From NCBI GenBank assembly GCA_964445305.1, contig CAYUKK010000022.1:3174-67173 (forward strand): a DNA stretch of 64,000 nt, read 5' to 3'. Shown here in pieces: positions 17,249-26,029 of this stretch (position 1 is the first letter of the stretch; the number at the start of each line of letters is the position of its first letter). Source of the DNA: an uncultured Eubacteriales bacterium (GTDB lineage: Bacteria; Acidobacteriota; Aminicenantia; Aminicenantales; UBA8522). A program made the translations under genes and the position numbers. The notes below the pieces were generated by a model. That model was given only the letters and a program-made list of their open reading frames with translations, was not told where the DNA came from and did not search any database.

Positions 17249-20104
17249 CTAACTCCTGACGAAGTTCGTCTTCTGGGCGAGTTTTTTCGGGTCAGCATGA
17301 ACCGGCAGGGTGATGCTGAAGCAGGAACCCTTGCCGACCTCACTCTCCACCGTGATGTTGCCTTCGTGTTCCTTGATGATAGCGTAGCTGATGGACAGAC
17401 CAAGGCCAGTACCCTTGCCCAGGCCTTTGGTGGTAAAGAAGGGGTCGAAGATGTGCGGCAGATGCTGCCTCTTAATGCCCGTGCCCGTGTCGGCGATCTT
17501 GATGACGAGCTCACCGTCATTCTGGAAAGCCTCGATGCGGAGTGTGCCTCCCTTGGGCATGGCGTCGATGGCGTTGAGGATGATGTTGATGAAAACCTGT
17601 TGGAGCCTCTCTCCCTGGCCCCAAATCGGCTTGACAGGCTGAAGGGCCAACTCGAGCTGGATGTTCATCGCCTTCAGCTTGTAGTCGATGAGCGAGAGGA
17701 TCTCTTTTAAGCTGTCGATGACGTTTACGCGGTGGAAAGCACTGTCGGCGGGGTTGCGCGCAAAATTGAGAAGGTTCTTGACAATCTTGGACACCCGCTC
17801 CGTCTGAGCTTCGATCTTTTCCAGAATCTGGGCGTAATGGGGGTCGCTCAGCTTTTTCTGGAGCAACTGAATGTAGCTGGAAATCCCGGTCAAGGGCGTG
17901 TTGATCTCGTGGGCGACACCCGCGGAGAGGAGCCCGATCGAGGCCAATTTTTCTGAGGTGACGAGTTGTTGCTGAAGATGGATTTTTTCCGTGACATCTT
18001 CAAAGACGATGATCGTCCCGTAGGGGACGAGGCGGTTGTCGAGGAGTGGTGTCTTGGCAATGTCAAAGATTTTCTTTTCTCCGTCCGGCATATCGAGGCT
18101 GATTTCGCTGAGAAGGCGAAAGTCCTGCTGAGTGTCAGAGGGGAAGAGGGAAAGATAATTTTTCGGCCCAAGGACTTCCTCCAGGCGTCGGCCGAAAACC
18201 TGCTCTTTGGACCTTCTGAAAATTTCCTCGAGGATACGGTTCCAGCCGATAATCTCTCCTCTCTGGTTGAGAACCGCCACCCCAACCGTCAGGCTCTCGA
18301 TGATATTTTCGCTGTAGTCCTTGAGTCTTTCCAGTTCTTGAGCTCTGATACTCGCTTGATGGTAGAGGGCGGCGTTTTCGATGGCCAGCCCGACCGGAGA
18401 GGAAATGGTCGTCAGCAGCTCCCAGTCTTCGGAGTTAAGGAAAGAATTGTCCACTTTCTTCCCCATGGCCAGGCAGCCGACAAGCTTGTCTTCAACCTTG
18501 AAGGGAAGATAATGGAAGAATGCCAGAGAAGGAGAGTTTTCCGGCCGAGGCATTTCCCGTCGTTCGGCCAGCGAGTAGTAGGTGATGTAATCTTTTTCCT
18601 TGAGGCTTTCATAAAAGGAAGAAGAAAAGGCGACTTCGGTCGGCAGGCGAGAAGCCTCCCCTCGGGAACTGACGATGCGAAAAGTTTGGCTGCCCTCAGC
18701 CTGGGGAAGGAGGAGGGCGATGTCCTTGAGCATCAACGCGTTGGCCATGAGGTCGAGAAGGCGTTGGCAAAGCCTGTCCAGGTTTCTTTCCCGCGTCAGC
18801 TCTCGACTGATCGTCAATAGCGTTTTGCGGTATTTGTAGCTCCGGCGGTAGAAGAATCTATCGAGGAGGGAAGAAAACAGCCTCTTCAGCGGCGTAAACA
18901 AGGTTGCCCCGAGGATCATAGCCAGGATGCCCAGGACGAGGACGTTGAGTTTGTCCTCGGAGAAGGCTTGCGTTTGCGCGCTCAGAATGACATAGAGGGA
19001 GGCGAGGATGAAGTAAGAAAAAATCAAGGTAGCGGCTTTCTTGAGGAGGACTTCGAAGTCCATCAGCCGGTAGCGCGAGACAGAATAGGCAAAGGTAAGA
19101 GGCACCAGGGCTTGGAGCAAGATCGTCAACTCGCTAAACGGGGGTGGATTCTGCCCCAAAACATAAGGCACGGCGTAGAAAAAATTAAAGGGGACAATCC
19201 CGACCCCGAGGCCAGTAAAAATCCAGCGGAGCTGCTTTTTGGCGATGAGGCTGGGTGGTCGAGTCAGACTGTGGTAAATGCTGAGAAGGGTTACTAAAGT
19301 AAAAAGGGCAAAATGAAGGAGGCCCAGCTTTTCCAGAATCGCGTAAGCGGCGAGGAGAGAAAAATCATCCAAGCTCTTCCAGAAGGGAACGTGGAGGGCG
19401 ATGGTCGCCAAGCCGATGGCGACCGCCGGGCCGTAGAGGGCAAAAAGCCAGTTCGGATTCCGTCGAACCCACCTTTTTCGCTGGGGGAAGATGAGAAAAA
19501 AGTGGAGGAGCAGAGGAGGAAAAGCCAGGAAAGAAGCCTTGTCCAGCCAGTAAAAAGCGCTGTCCAGAAAATCCATTTCTCCCGTTGGGGAGAATGTATA
19601 GAAAGAATAGAGAATAAGACAAAGAAGATAAAAATAGAGATAGGGCATGGAAAGAGTCTTCCGCGAGCTGAAAAAGACGACGACAGCGATGGAAAGCGTG
19701 GTCAGACCGATGAGAGCCAGATAGTAATAGAGGAGGTGAGATTTCTTGTAGCTAACAAAGAGCGAGGGGAGGAGCAGCTCTCCTTCTCTGGCTATCTGGT
19801 ACTTGATTTTTTGTCCGGTAACTGAGGAAGCCCAATGACTCTTGACCACATCGACCAGGCTTCTAACCGGAATGTCATTGAGGGAATAAAGGATGTCGCC
19901 CTTCTTGATCCCGGCCAGGTAAGCGGGGCTGTTCGGTTCGACGCTCACGGCGGTGAGACGGCCGCCCCGGAGCCGCCAAGTCACCCCGTCCGTCGGCTCT
20001 CTCCAGACGACTTTTCGATAGATGTTGAGCCCGCCAAGCGCAACGAGTGCGACCATCAAAGCGATGGGGAAATAAACTCGCCTGTTCATGGACCATAAAT
20101 CCAA
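17249..20104 (-). CDS. multi-domain sensor histidine kinase (TM + PDZ-like + polytopic membrane + GAF/PAS + HisKA + HATPase)
   Basis: PDZ-like segment LAGIKKGDILYSLNDIPV. Multiple hydrophobic helices. H-box HEINTPLTGI. C-terminal GLGLSISYAII G-box. Immediately upstream of, and co-directional with, the sigma54 regulator (PilS/PilR-like arrangement). Confidence 0.85.
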   Translation of the reverse strand: MDLWSMNRRVYFPIALMVALVALGGLNIYRKVVWREPTDGVTWRLRGGRLTAVSVEPNSPAYLAGIKKGDILYSLNDIPVRSLVDVVKSHWASSVTGQKIKYQIAREGELLLPSLFVSYKKSHLLYYYLALIGLTTLSIAVVVFFSSRKTLSMPYLYFYLLCLILYSFYTFSPTGEMDFLDSAFYWLDKASFLAFPPLLLHFFLIFPQRKRWVRRNPNWLFALYGPAVAIGLATIALHVPFWKSLDDFSLLAAYAILEKLGLLHFALFTLVTLLSIYHSLTRPPSLIAKKQLRWIFTGLGVGIVPFNFFYAVPYVLGQNPPPFSELTILLQALVPLTFAYSVSRYRLMDFEVLLKKAATLIFSYFILASLYVILSAQTQAFSEDKLNVLVLGILAMILGATLFTPLKRLFSSLLDRFFYRRSYKYRKTLLTISRELTRERNLDRLCQRLLDLMANALMLKDIALLLPQAEGSQTFRIVSSRGEASRLPTEVAFSSSFYESLKEKDYITYYSLAERREMPRPENSPSLAFFHYLPFKVEDKLVGCLAMGKKVDNSFLNSEDWELLTTISSPVGLAIENAALYHQASIRAQELERLKDYSENIIESLTVGVAVLNQRGEIIGWNRILEEIFRRSKEQVFGRRLEEVLGPKNYLSLFPSDTQQDFRLLSEISLDMPDGEKKIFDIAKTPLLDNRLVPYGTIIVFEDVTEKIHLQQQLVTSEKLASIGLLSAGVAHEINTPLTGISSYIQLLQKKLSDPHYAQILEKIEAQTERVSKIVKNLLNFARNPADSAFHRVNVIDSLKEILSLIDYKLKAMNIQLELALQPVKPIWGQGERLQQVFINIILNAIDAMPKGGTLRIEAFQNDGELVIKIADTGTGIKRQHLPHIFDPFFTTKGLGKGTGLGLSISYAIIKEHEGNITVESEVGKGSCFSITLPVHADPKKLAQKTNFVRS

Positions 20105-20146
20105 AAAATTGAATTAAACAGGCAAAAAAAAGGAAACTTCGGCATT

Positions 20147-20440
20147 TCAGTTAAGGATATGTCCCATGCCAGCTCGAACCGCCCACTTGATGGCCGGTTG
20201 TCTCATCAGCCGCCTCAGGGCGACGTCTTCTTTGAGGCCAAGCGGCCGCGTGTTACGGGAGTAAAAAGAACTCATGTAATCGTATTTTGGCTTCTGGGGA
20301 GGGAATTCTTGGACAGCGAGGCTTCGGGTTGCTCCTCGGTTAAAAGGAGAATGGCTGAGGAAGCTTTCAGGCGAAAGACGAGAATAGGCTACTCCCGCGA
20401 AAAAAACGACTCCAATCAACCAGCCCAGCTTTTTTCTCAT
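20147..20440 (-). CDS. small hypothetical secreted protein
   Basis: 97 aa with signal peptide MRKKLGWLIGVVFFAGVAYS. No other support. Confidence 0.3.
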   Translation of the reverse strand: MRKKLGWLIGVVFFAGVAYSRLSPESFLSHSPFNRGATRSLAVQEFPPQKPKYDYMSSFYSRNTRPLGLKEDVALRRLMRQPAIKWAVRAGMGHILN

Positions 20441-20586
20441 TATTTAAAAAATAAATCTTTCTTTCTTTTTTGTCAACTTTGGAGAAGGGGCAAAACGTTA
20501 AGATTTCCAACTTTGGCGGCTGTGGGAAGACTAAAGAAGAGGGGAGGACCGAACGAGTAGCTATGAGCTGGATGGCTGGTATTTGT

Positions 20587-20615
20587 TTGACAAAAGGGGC
20601 TGGATACCCTAAGAT
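20587..20615 (+). promoter_or_regulatory. candidate sigma70 promoter upstream of pilC
   Basis: TTGACA (20587-20592), 17 nt spacer, TAAGAT (20610-20615), 20 nt before the pilC ATG. AT-rich spacer 20441-20635. Confidence 0.35.
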
Positions 20616-20635
20616 TGAGCATAGAAAAATAAAAA

Positions 20636-21847
20636 ATGCCGTATTTTATCTGCCGCCTGGCTACCGAGGACGGGCGCAACTTGTTTCAGTCTTTCCTTGC
20701 TTCCTCGGCTGAGGAATGTCGGAAGCACTTTGAGCAAGAAGGCTTTTGCGTCCTGTCAGTAAAGAAGGACTGGAAGAGGGCGGCCTCCCCCTCCGTCTTT
20801 CTTCTTCAGAAAAAGGTGAGGGATAAGGATTTCATCATGTTTAACCAGGAGCTCATGGCGCTCCTCAAGGCCGGGTATCCTGTCCTCAAGAGTCTGGAGA
20901 TGGTCATCCAGCGAACGAAAAATATCCATTTAAGGGAGCTCCTCATGAAAGTGGCGGCGGATGTTCGGGCCGGCAAGGCGCTCTCCGAATCTTTCGTTCC
21001 CCATGAAAAAAATTTTACTAAGGTTTACACTGCTTCTCTGCTGGCCGGCGAACAGAGCGGCAATCTCCCCGGCACCATTTCCCGCTACATCGATTATGCC
21101 AAGGTTATTGCCCAGACAAAGTCCAGGATCAGGTCAGCGTTGGCTTATCCGACGTTGCTCATCATTTTCTCCTTGATCTTGATGGGCATCCTGATCAATT
21201 TTATCCTTCCCCGTTTTTCCGGGTTCTATGCGGATTTCGAAGCCCAGCTCCCGGTCATCACCCGTTTCTTGATTGGAATGGCCACCTTCCTTCGGGCAAT
21301 GACTCCCTATGTAGTGGTGCTGGTCGGCTTCCTTTTTCTCCTTTTTGCTCAGCTAAAAAAGAACGAGAAGGTGGATCTTTTCCTTGAGAAAATGAAGCTC
21401 AAAATCCCTTATGCTCGCCAAATCTGGACAGATACCGCTGTTTCCCTCTTCAGCCGGACGCTTAGCCTTCTCCTTGAGGCCGGGATCACGCTGCTTTCCG
21501 CTCTGCCCATTGCCTCCCAGGCTATTCCCAATAGATTCCTGCGCCAGAAGACGCTCCATCTGCCCGAAGATATCCGGAACGGCCAGAGCCTGTCCGATTC
21601 CATGGCCAAGGCGGGTTTTTTTAGTTTTCTATCCCTCGACATGGTCCGGATCGGAGAAACCTCCGCCAACCTCCACGGCATGCTCCGGGAAGTGGCTGAC
21701 GTTCAGGATGACCGGATTCGGGCCAGGGTTGACACTCTTGTCTCCCTCGTTGAGCCGGTCATCATCATCTTCATGGGTGTGGCCGTGGCTACCATGCTTC
21801 TGGCCGTTTATTTGCCCATTTTCAACATCATCCGGATAACGAGATAA
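20636..21847 (+). CDS. pilC: type IV pilus/type II secretion platform protein (GspF/PilC family)
   Basis: Two T2SSF domains with 3 TM segments. N-terminal MPYFICRLATEDGRNLFQSFLASSAEECRKHFEQEGFCVL is typical of PilC/GspF. 403 aa. Confidence 0.85.
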   Translation: MPYFICRLATEDGRNLFQSFLASSAEECRKHFEQEGFCVLSVKKDWKRAASPSVFLLQKKVRDKDFIMFNQELMALLKAGYPVLKSLEMVIQRTKNIHLRELLMKVAADVRAGKALSESFVPHEKNFTKVYTASLLAGEQSGNLPGTISRYIDYAKVIAQTKSRIRSALAYPTLLIIFSLILMGILINFILPRFSGFYADFEAQLPVITRFLIGMATFLRAMTPYVVVLVGFLFLLFAQLKKNEKVDLFLEKMKLKIPYARQIWTDTAVSLFSRTLSLLLEAGITLLSALPIASQAIPNRFLRQKTLHLPEDIRNGQSLSDSMAKAGFFSFLSLDMVRIGETSANLHGMLREVADVQDDRIRARVDTLVSLVEPVIIIFMGVAVATMLLAVYLPIFNIIRITR

Positions 21848-21849
21848 AA

Positions 21850-23463
21850 ATGATAAAAGACGAAAAGAAAAAATCGGCCGTCCTCGCTGAGGAGGAAGAA
21901 ACGAGAAAGCTTGCCGAAAGGTACCGCGTGCCTTACATCGACCTATCCACCTTCACGCTCAACCGGGAACTCATTCAGTCTTTTCCGCCCGAATTTCTGT
22001 ACCGGTCCAATTTCATCCCCCTCGAAGAGAAAAATAATCTAATCCAGATCGCCATTGCCGACCCCTCGGACATCGGAACGATCGACGCTATCGAATCTTT
22101 CTTGGGGAAGAAAGTCGAGGTCTATGCCGCTTCCCGGCGTGGTATCCAGGAGGCCCTGCGCCGCAGCGAGACGGCCCTCCAGGTGCTCAAGGAGGCGACG
22201 GAGGGCTTTATTGTCCAGGTCGTAGAGAAGGATGGGGGGGAAGAGGAAGAAGTCATCTCCCTGGAGAAGCTGGCAGACCAGGATGGCTCCATCATCAAGC
22301 TCGTTAACACGATCATATTTACCGCCGTCCAGAAAAGGGCGAGCGATGTCCATGTCGAATCGCGGGAGGACGGTGTGCGCATCAAGTACCGCATCGATGG
22401 CGTTCTCAACGAGGCCATGGAGCCAATCGATAAGAAGTTCCAGTCGCCCATCATTTCCCGCATCAAGGTGATGTCCGACCTCGATATTGCCGAGCGTCGG
22501 GTACCCCAGGACGGGAGGTTTCGGCTCAAAATCAAGGATAAAACCATCGACTTCCGAGTTTCCATCATGCCCAGCATCTACGGTGAGGATGCCGTTATCC
22601 GGATTCTCGACAAGGAGATGATTACCGAGGCCATTTCCGAGCTGAGGTTAGACCTGCTCGGCTTCTCGGAAGAAGTGCTCCGCAAGTTCCGGCGATACAT
22701 CACCCAGCCCTATGGCATGATTTTGGTGACCGGTCCAACCGGTAGCGGGAAGACGACAACCCTCTATGCGGCTCTGACCGAGATCAAATCGCCTGAGGAC
22801 AAAATCATCACCATTGAAGACCCCGTCGAGTACCAAATCGAGGGTATAACCCAGATTCCTGTCAACGAAAAAAAGGGGCTCACCTTCGCCCGGGGGTTGA
22901 GGTCCATCCTCCGGCATGACCCGGACAAGATTATGGTCGGCGAAATCCGCGACCCGGAGACAGCTCAAATCGCCATCCAGTCCGCGCTGACCGGGCACCT
23001 TGTTTTTACCACCGTTCACGCCAACAATGTCTTTGATGTCATCGGTCGTTTTCTTCATATGCAGGTCGACCCCTACAGCTTCATTTCGGCCTTGAATTGC
23101 ATCTTAGCCCAGCGCCTGGTGCGAGTACTCTGTCCGAAGTGCAAGGTGGCCGTGAAATACTCGGCGGCTGAGCTCCTCGAATCTGGCCTGGACCCCACTT
23201 TTTACCGGGACCAAGCTTTTTATGAGGCCCGCGGTTGTCCGCACTGTGGGCAGACTGGCTATCGGGGGCGCACGGCTATTGCCGAGCTGCTCGAACTGAG
23301 CGACATCATCCGGGAAATGATCTTGGCTCGGAAGCCTCTCTCGGAGGTGAAGAAGAGAGCCAAAGAAGAGGGCATTGTCTTCCTCCGAGAGGTCGGGCTC
23401 GACAAGGTGCTGCGGGGGATCACCAGCTTGAAGGAATTAAATAAGGTCACCTTTGTCGAGTGA
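21850..23463 (+). CDS. pilB: type IV pilus assembly ATPase (GspE/PilB family)
   Basis: GspE-N domain. Walker A VTGPTGSGKTTTLYA. Asp box and Walker B ..IMVGEIRD. Tetracysteine CPKC...CPHC. 537 aa. Confidence 0.9.
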   Translation: MIKDEKKKSAVLAEEEETRKLAERYRVPYIDLSTFTLNRELIQSFPPEFLYRSNFIPLEEKNNLIQIAIADPSDIGTIDAIESFLGKKVEVYAASRRGIQEALRRSETALQVLKEATEGFIVQVVEKDGGEEEEVISLEKLADQDGSIIKLVNTIIFTAVQKRASDVHVESREDGVRIKYRIDGVLNEAMEPIDKKFQSPIISRIKVMSDLDIAERRVPQDGRFRLKIKDKTIDFRVSIMPSIYGEDAVIRILDKEMITEAISELRLDLLGFSEEVLRKFRRYITQPYGMILVTGPTGSGKTTTLYAALTEIKSPEDKIITIEDPVEYQIEGITQIPVNEKKGLTFARGLRSILRHDPDKIMVGEIRDPETAQIAIQSALTGHLVFTTVHANNVFDVIGRFLHMQVDPYSFISALNCILAQRLVRVLCPKCKVAVKYSAAELLESGLDPTFYRDQAFYEARGCPHCGQTGYRGRTAIAELLELSDIIREMILARKPLSEVKKRAKEEGIVFLREVGLDKVLRGITSLKELNKVTFVE

Positions 23464-23469
23464 AGAAAC

Positions 23470-24432
23470 ATGGAATTAAGCTCTGCGCCGACTCGGGCCT
23501 CATTCGGACAGAAACTTAAGGGCTTCTTTACCGCTCCCCCTTGCCCCGGTGCTGTTTTCCTCATTTCGACAACGGCCGTGAGCGCTATCTCCGTCGCGGC
23601 GCGGGAGAAAAAGGTTCGCTCTCATGCGGTTTTACCTCTCCGTCCGGGTCTGGTCGAACCCCATTTTGATAAGAAAAATATCCAGGACCCAGTCGCCTTG
23701 GCCGATGCTCTTAAAAGAGAACTGGTCCGATTACATTATGCCGGAGAGAAGGCGGCCTGCTTGCTGCCCGAACCCTGCCTGAGGATATTTGTTTTCTCGT
23801 TTGAATCGCTCCCCATGCCGGAGAAAGAAAGAAGGAAGCTCTTCCTGTGGCGGGCGAAAAAACAGCTGCCTCTCTTGCCCGACGACATCCGCCTGTCCTA
23901 TCAAGTTATGAACGCTGGGACCTCGCCCAGGGTTCTGGTTTCCTTGGCCCGCGCTTCTGTCCTCGATGAGTACGAGAATGTTTTACAAAAGGCTGGGATT
24001 AAAGTTGGCCTCCTGACCACACCGACGCTCAGCCTCCTCAACCTTGTTGATTGGGAAAAAGAAAGAGATTTTCTTCTCGTCAACGTGACTGCGGACTCGA
24101 CGTCACTGGTCGCCGTGAGCGACGGCCTCATCTCCCTCTTCCGGATCAAACCCCACTCTCTTGAGTCGGCGGGGCAGGCCCTGGATCGCTTCAAGGTCGA
24201 AAATGTTATGACGGAAATAGATAATACCATCCATTTCCTGGAGGACCGCGAAAAGCGAACGCTGAGCGCGCTGTGGCTGCATTCTGATTCAGCGGCGCTA
24301 AAGGCGGCGCTTGGTGACGGCCTGAGGGGAAGGTTCTCTTTTCCCGTGAAGGAATTCAACGTCGCTTTCCCCTCGGGTTGCCGGGAGTCGGAGAAAGGTC
24401 TCCTCGTTCCTCTTTTCGGTCAGATGCCATGA
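23470..24432 (+). CDS. pilM: PilM-like actin-fold pilus assembly protein
   Basis: Position (after pilB, before pilN, start 24429 overlapping the pilM stop at ATGA) and PilM-like N-terminal pattern. 320 aa. Start uncertain. Confidence 0.6.
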   Translation: MELSSAPTRASFGQKLKGFFTAPPCPGAVFLISTTAVSAISVAAREKKVRSHAVLPLRPGLVEPHFDKKNIQDPVALADALKRELVRLHYAGEKAACLLPEPCLRIFVFSFESLPMPEKERRKLFLWRAKKQLPLLPDDIRLSYQVMNAGTSPRVLVSLARASVLDEYENVLQKAGIKVGLLTTPTLSLLNLVDWEKERDFLLVNVTADSTSLVAVSDGLISLFRIKPHSLESAGQALDRFKVENVMTEIDNTIHFLEDREKRTLSALWLHSDSAALKAALGDGLRGRFSFPVKEFNVAFPSGCRESEKGLLVPLFGQMP

Positions 24433-24986
24433 GAAGGATTACGATCAACCTGGCTTCTCATCCCCTTCGCAATCGGAAGTTCTACTTTTTCGTCTTGAGC
24501 TGCCTCGGGCTGGGGGTGGTGGTGACCTTTTTCTTTTCGGCCAGTCTCTTCCTTTTCTATTATCAAAAGGGAAAAGCGGCCAAAGAGTCCCTGGCGGAGG
24601 TCGAGTCTTCGATCCTTCTGGCCCAGAGGGAAGAAAAGAGACTGGCCTCGAAAGTCGAGGACGCCTTCAAGAAGGACAAGGAAAAAGTCGACCTGATGAA
24701 CAGCATCATCCTGAAAAAGAGTTTTCCCTGGAGAGGATTTTTTTCTCTTCTCGAAAATTCCCTTCCCGATTCGAGCTATATCCTCTCCCTGGCGCCTGAT
24801 TTAGTGGACAGCTCTCGCCTCGAGATGCGCTTCAAAGTCGTTTCGCGCCATCTTGATGACCTTCTCCTCTTCCTCAACAACCTTTACCGGATGAATTTCA
24901 AGCAGATCCGGGTCGAAAGCGAAGACCAAAGCTCCCAGGGCCAACTCATCTCAGAGATTTCCCTGAGCTATGAAAGAACTCTTTAG
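24429..24986 (+). CDS. pilN: PilN-like bitopic inner-membrane protein
   Basis: MRRITINLASHPLRNRKFYFFVLSCLGLGVVVTFFF (PilN-type N-terminus plus one TM) followed by a coiled-coil region. ATG overlaps the pilM stop. Confidence 0.55.
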   Translation: MRRITINLASHPLRNRKFYFFVLSCLGLGVVVTFFFSASLFLFYYQKGKAAKESLAEVESSILLAQREEKRLASKVEDAFKKDKEKVDLMNSIILKKSFPWRGFFSLLENSLPDSSYILSLAPDLVDSSRLEMRFKVVSRHLDDLLLFLNNLYRMNFKQIRVESEDQSSQGQLISEISLSYERTL

Positions 24987-25533
24987 CCTCCTTACGGAAA
25001 GCGAGAAGAAGAGACTCCGCTGGGCAGCCATGTTGTTTATTGCCGGCCTGCTTTTCCTTCTCATCATTGGCCTGGGTGAGAGGCGAAGCTTCTTCAGCCT
25101 GGAACATCGTCTCCAGGCCAGGAAGAAAGTGTTGACCGAGGTCGAAGAGAAGCGAGCCAAAGCGGCGGCGGAATGGGCCAGATGGCAAGCCTCCTACCAA
25201 GACATGGAGGAGCTCGAAAAAACGTACTTTTATCGAGGCCTGAATGACCTCCACCAAATGCGGCTGGATCTGGAAAAAATCATGGCTGAAGCTGGTGTCA
25301 GCGTCAAGGCGTTGAAGTACGATTATTCGCGGTCCAGGAAAGAAAAAATCGATAAAATCAACATCAATTTTAATTTCGTCGGTTCTTACGTTATCTTAAA
25401 GAAATTTTTGGAGGTTGTGGAGAAGTTTCCCAAATTCCTGATGTTGGAAAAGGTCGATTTCGCCCGGATTGCTGGGGATGGAAGCATCCTCGAACTTCGG
25501 ATTGTCCTGGCGGGATATTATGAAGAGCAGTAA
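24970..25533 (+). CDS. pilO: PilO-like bitopic inner-membrane protein
   Basis: Single TM (AAMLFIAGLLFLLIIGL) followed by a coiled-coil/periplasmic domain. Gene order M-N-O. Confidence 0.5.
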   Translation: MKELFSLLTESEKKRLRWAAMLFIAGLLFLLIIGLGERRSFFSLEHRLQARKKVLTEVEEKRAKAAAEWARWQASYQDMEELEKTYFYRGLNDLHQMRLDLEKIMAEAGVSVKALKYDYSRSRKEKIDKININFNFVGSYVILKKFLEVVEKFPKFLMLEKVDFARIAGDGSILELRIVLAGYYEEQ

Positions 25534-26029
25534 GGCAGTCTTTCTACCCCTGGCTTTTTTTCTCCTCTCCGCCTTCTGGCTGTTTATGGCTGCTCAGGAA
25601 AAAACTGGACAGACTCCTGCCTCGGAAAAAGAAGGCGAAAGCCTGATCCGGAAAGAGCTGCTTCGTCAAACCAGCCCGGAGGGTGAACTCCCCAAGCGGA
25701 ACATCTTCTCCCCCCGGTCTTCGTCGGGGCCCTTTGTTTCCTCGCTGGCCCAGGTGACCGGCCCAGGGCAGGTCGGCCTCAGCCCGAGCGAGGAAATCTC
25801 CGGGGAAAAAACCAGCCCGCCCCAATTTTCTTTGGCCCTTCGCTATATCGGCTATATCGAGTCGGCTCGTCGAACCATCGCTCTCATCTTCCTGGATGGC
25901 CAAGCCCAGGCTGTGGCGGAAGGAGAAGTCATCCGGGAGGGAATTCGGGTCGGGAGGATTACCCCGGCGGAAATCGAGGTTATTTTTCCCGACTCGACGA
26001 CCAAGAAATTTTCCCTAGAAGGAGAATGA
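25520..26029 (+). CDS. pilP: PilP-like lipoprotein/periplasmic pilot protein
   Basis: Signal peptide MKSSKAVFLPLAFFLLSAFWLF. C-terminal beta-rich ...RTIALIFLDGQAQAVAEGEVI.EGIRVGRITPAEIEV is PilP-like. The ORF opens at 25469. Confidence 0.45.
   Translation: MKSSKAVFLPLAFFLLSAFWLFMAAQEKTGQTPASEKEGESLIRKELLRQTSPEGELPKRNIFSPRSSSGPFVSSLAQVTGPGQVGLSPSEEISGEKTSPPQFSLALRYIGYIESARRTIALIFLDGQAQAVAEGEVIREGIRVGRITPAEIEVIFPDSTTKKFSLEGE

Noticed and set aside
17966-19825. Several ORFs (17966-18820, 18968-19297, 19313-19825) antisense to the histidine kinase
   Set aside because: - Glu/Asp/Gly-rich low-complexity products.
- The kinase frame has H-box and ATPase motifs.
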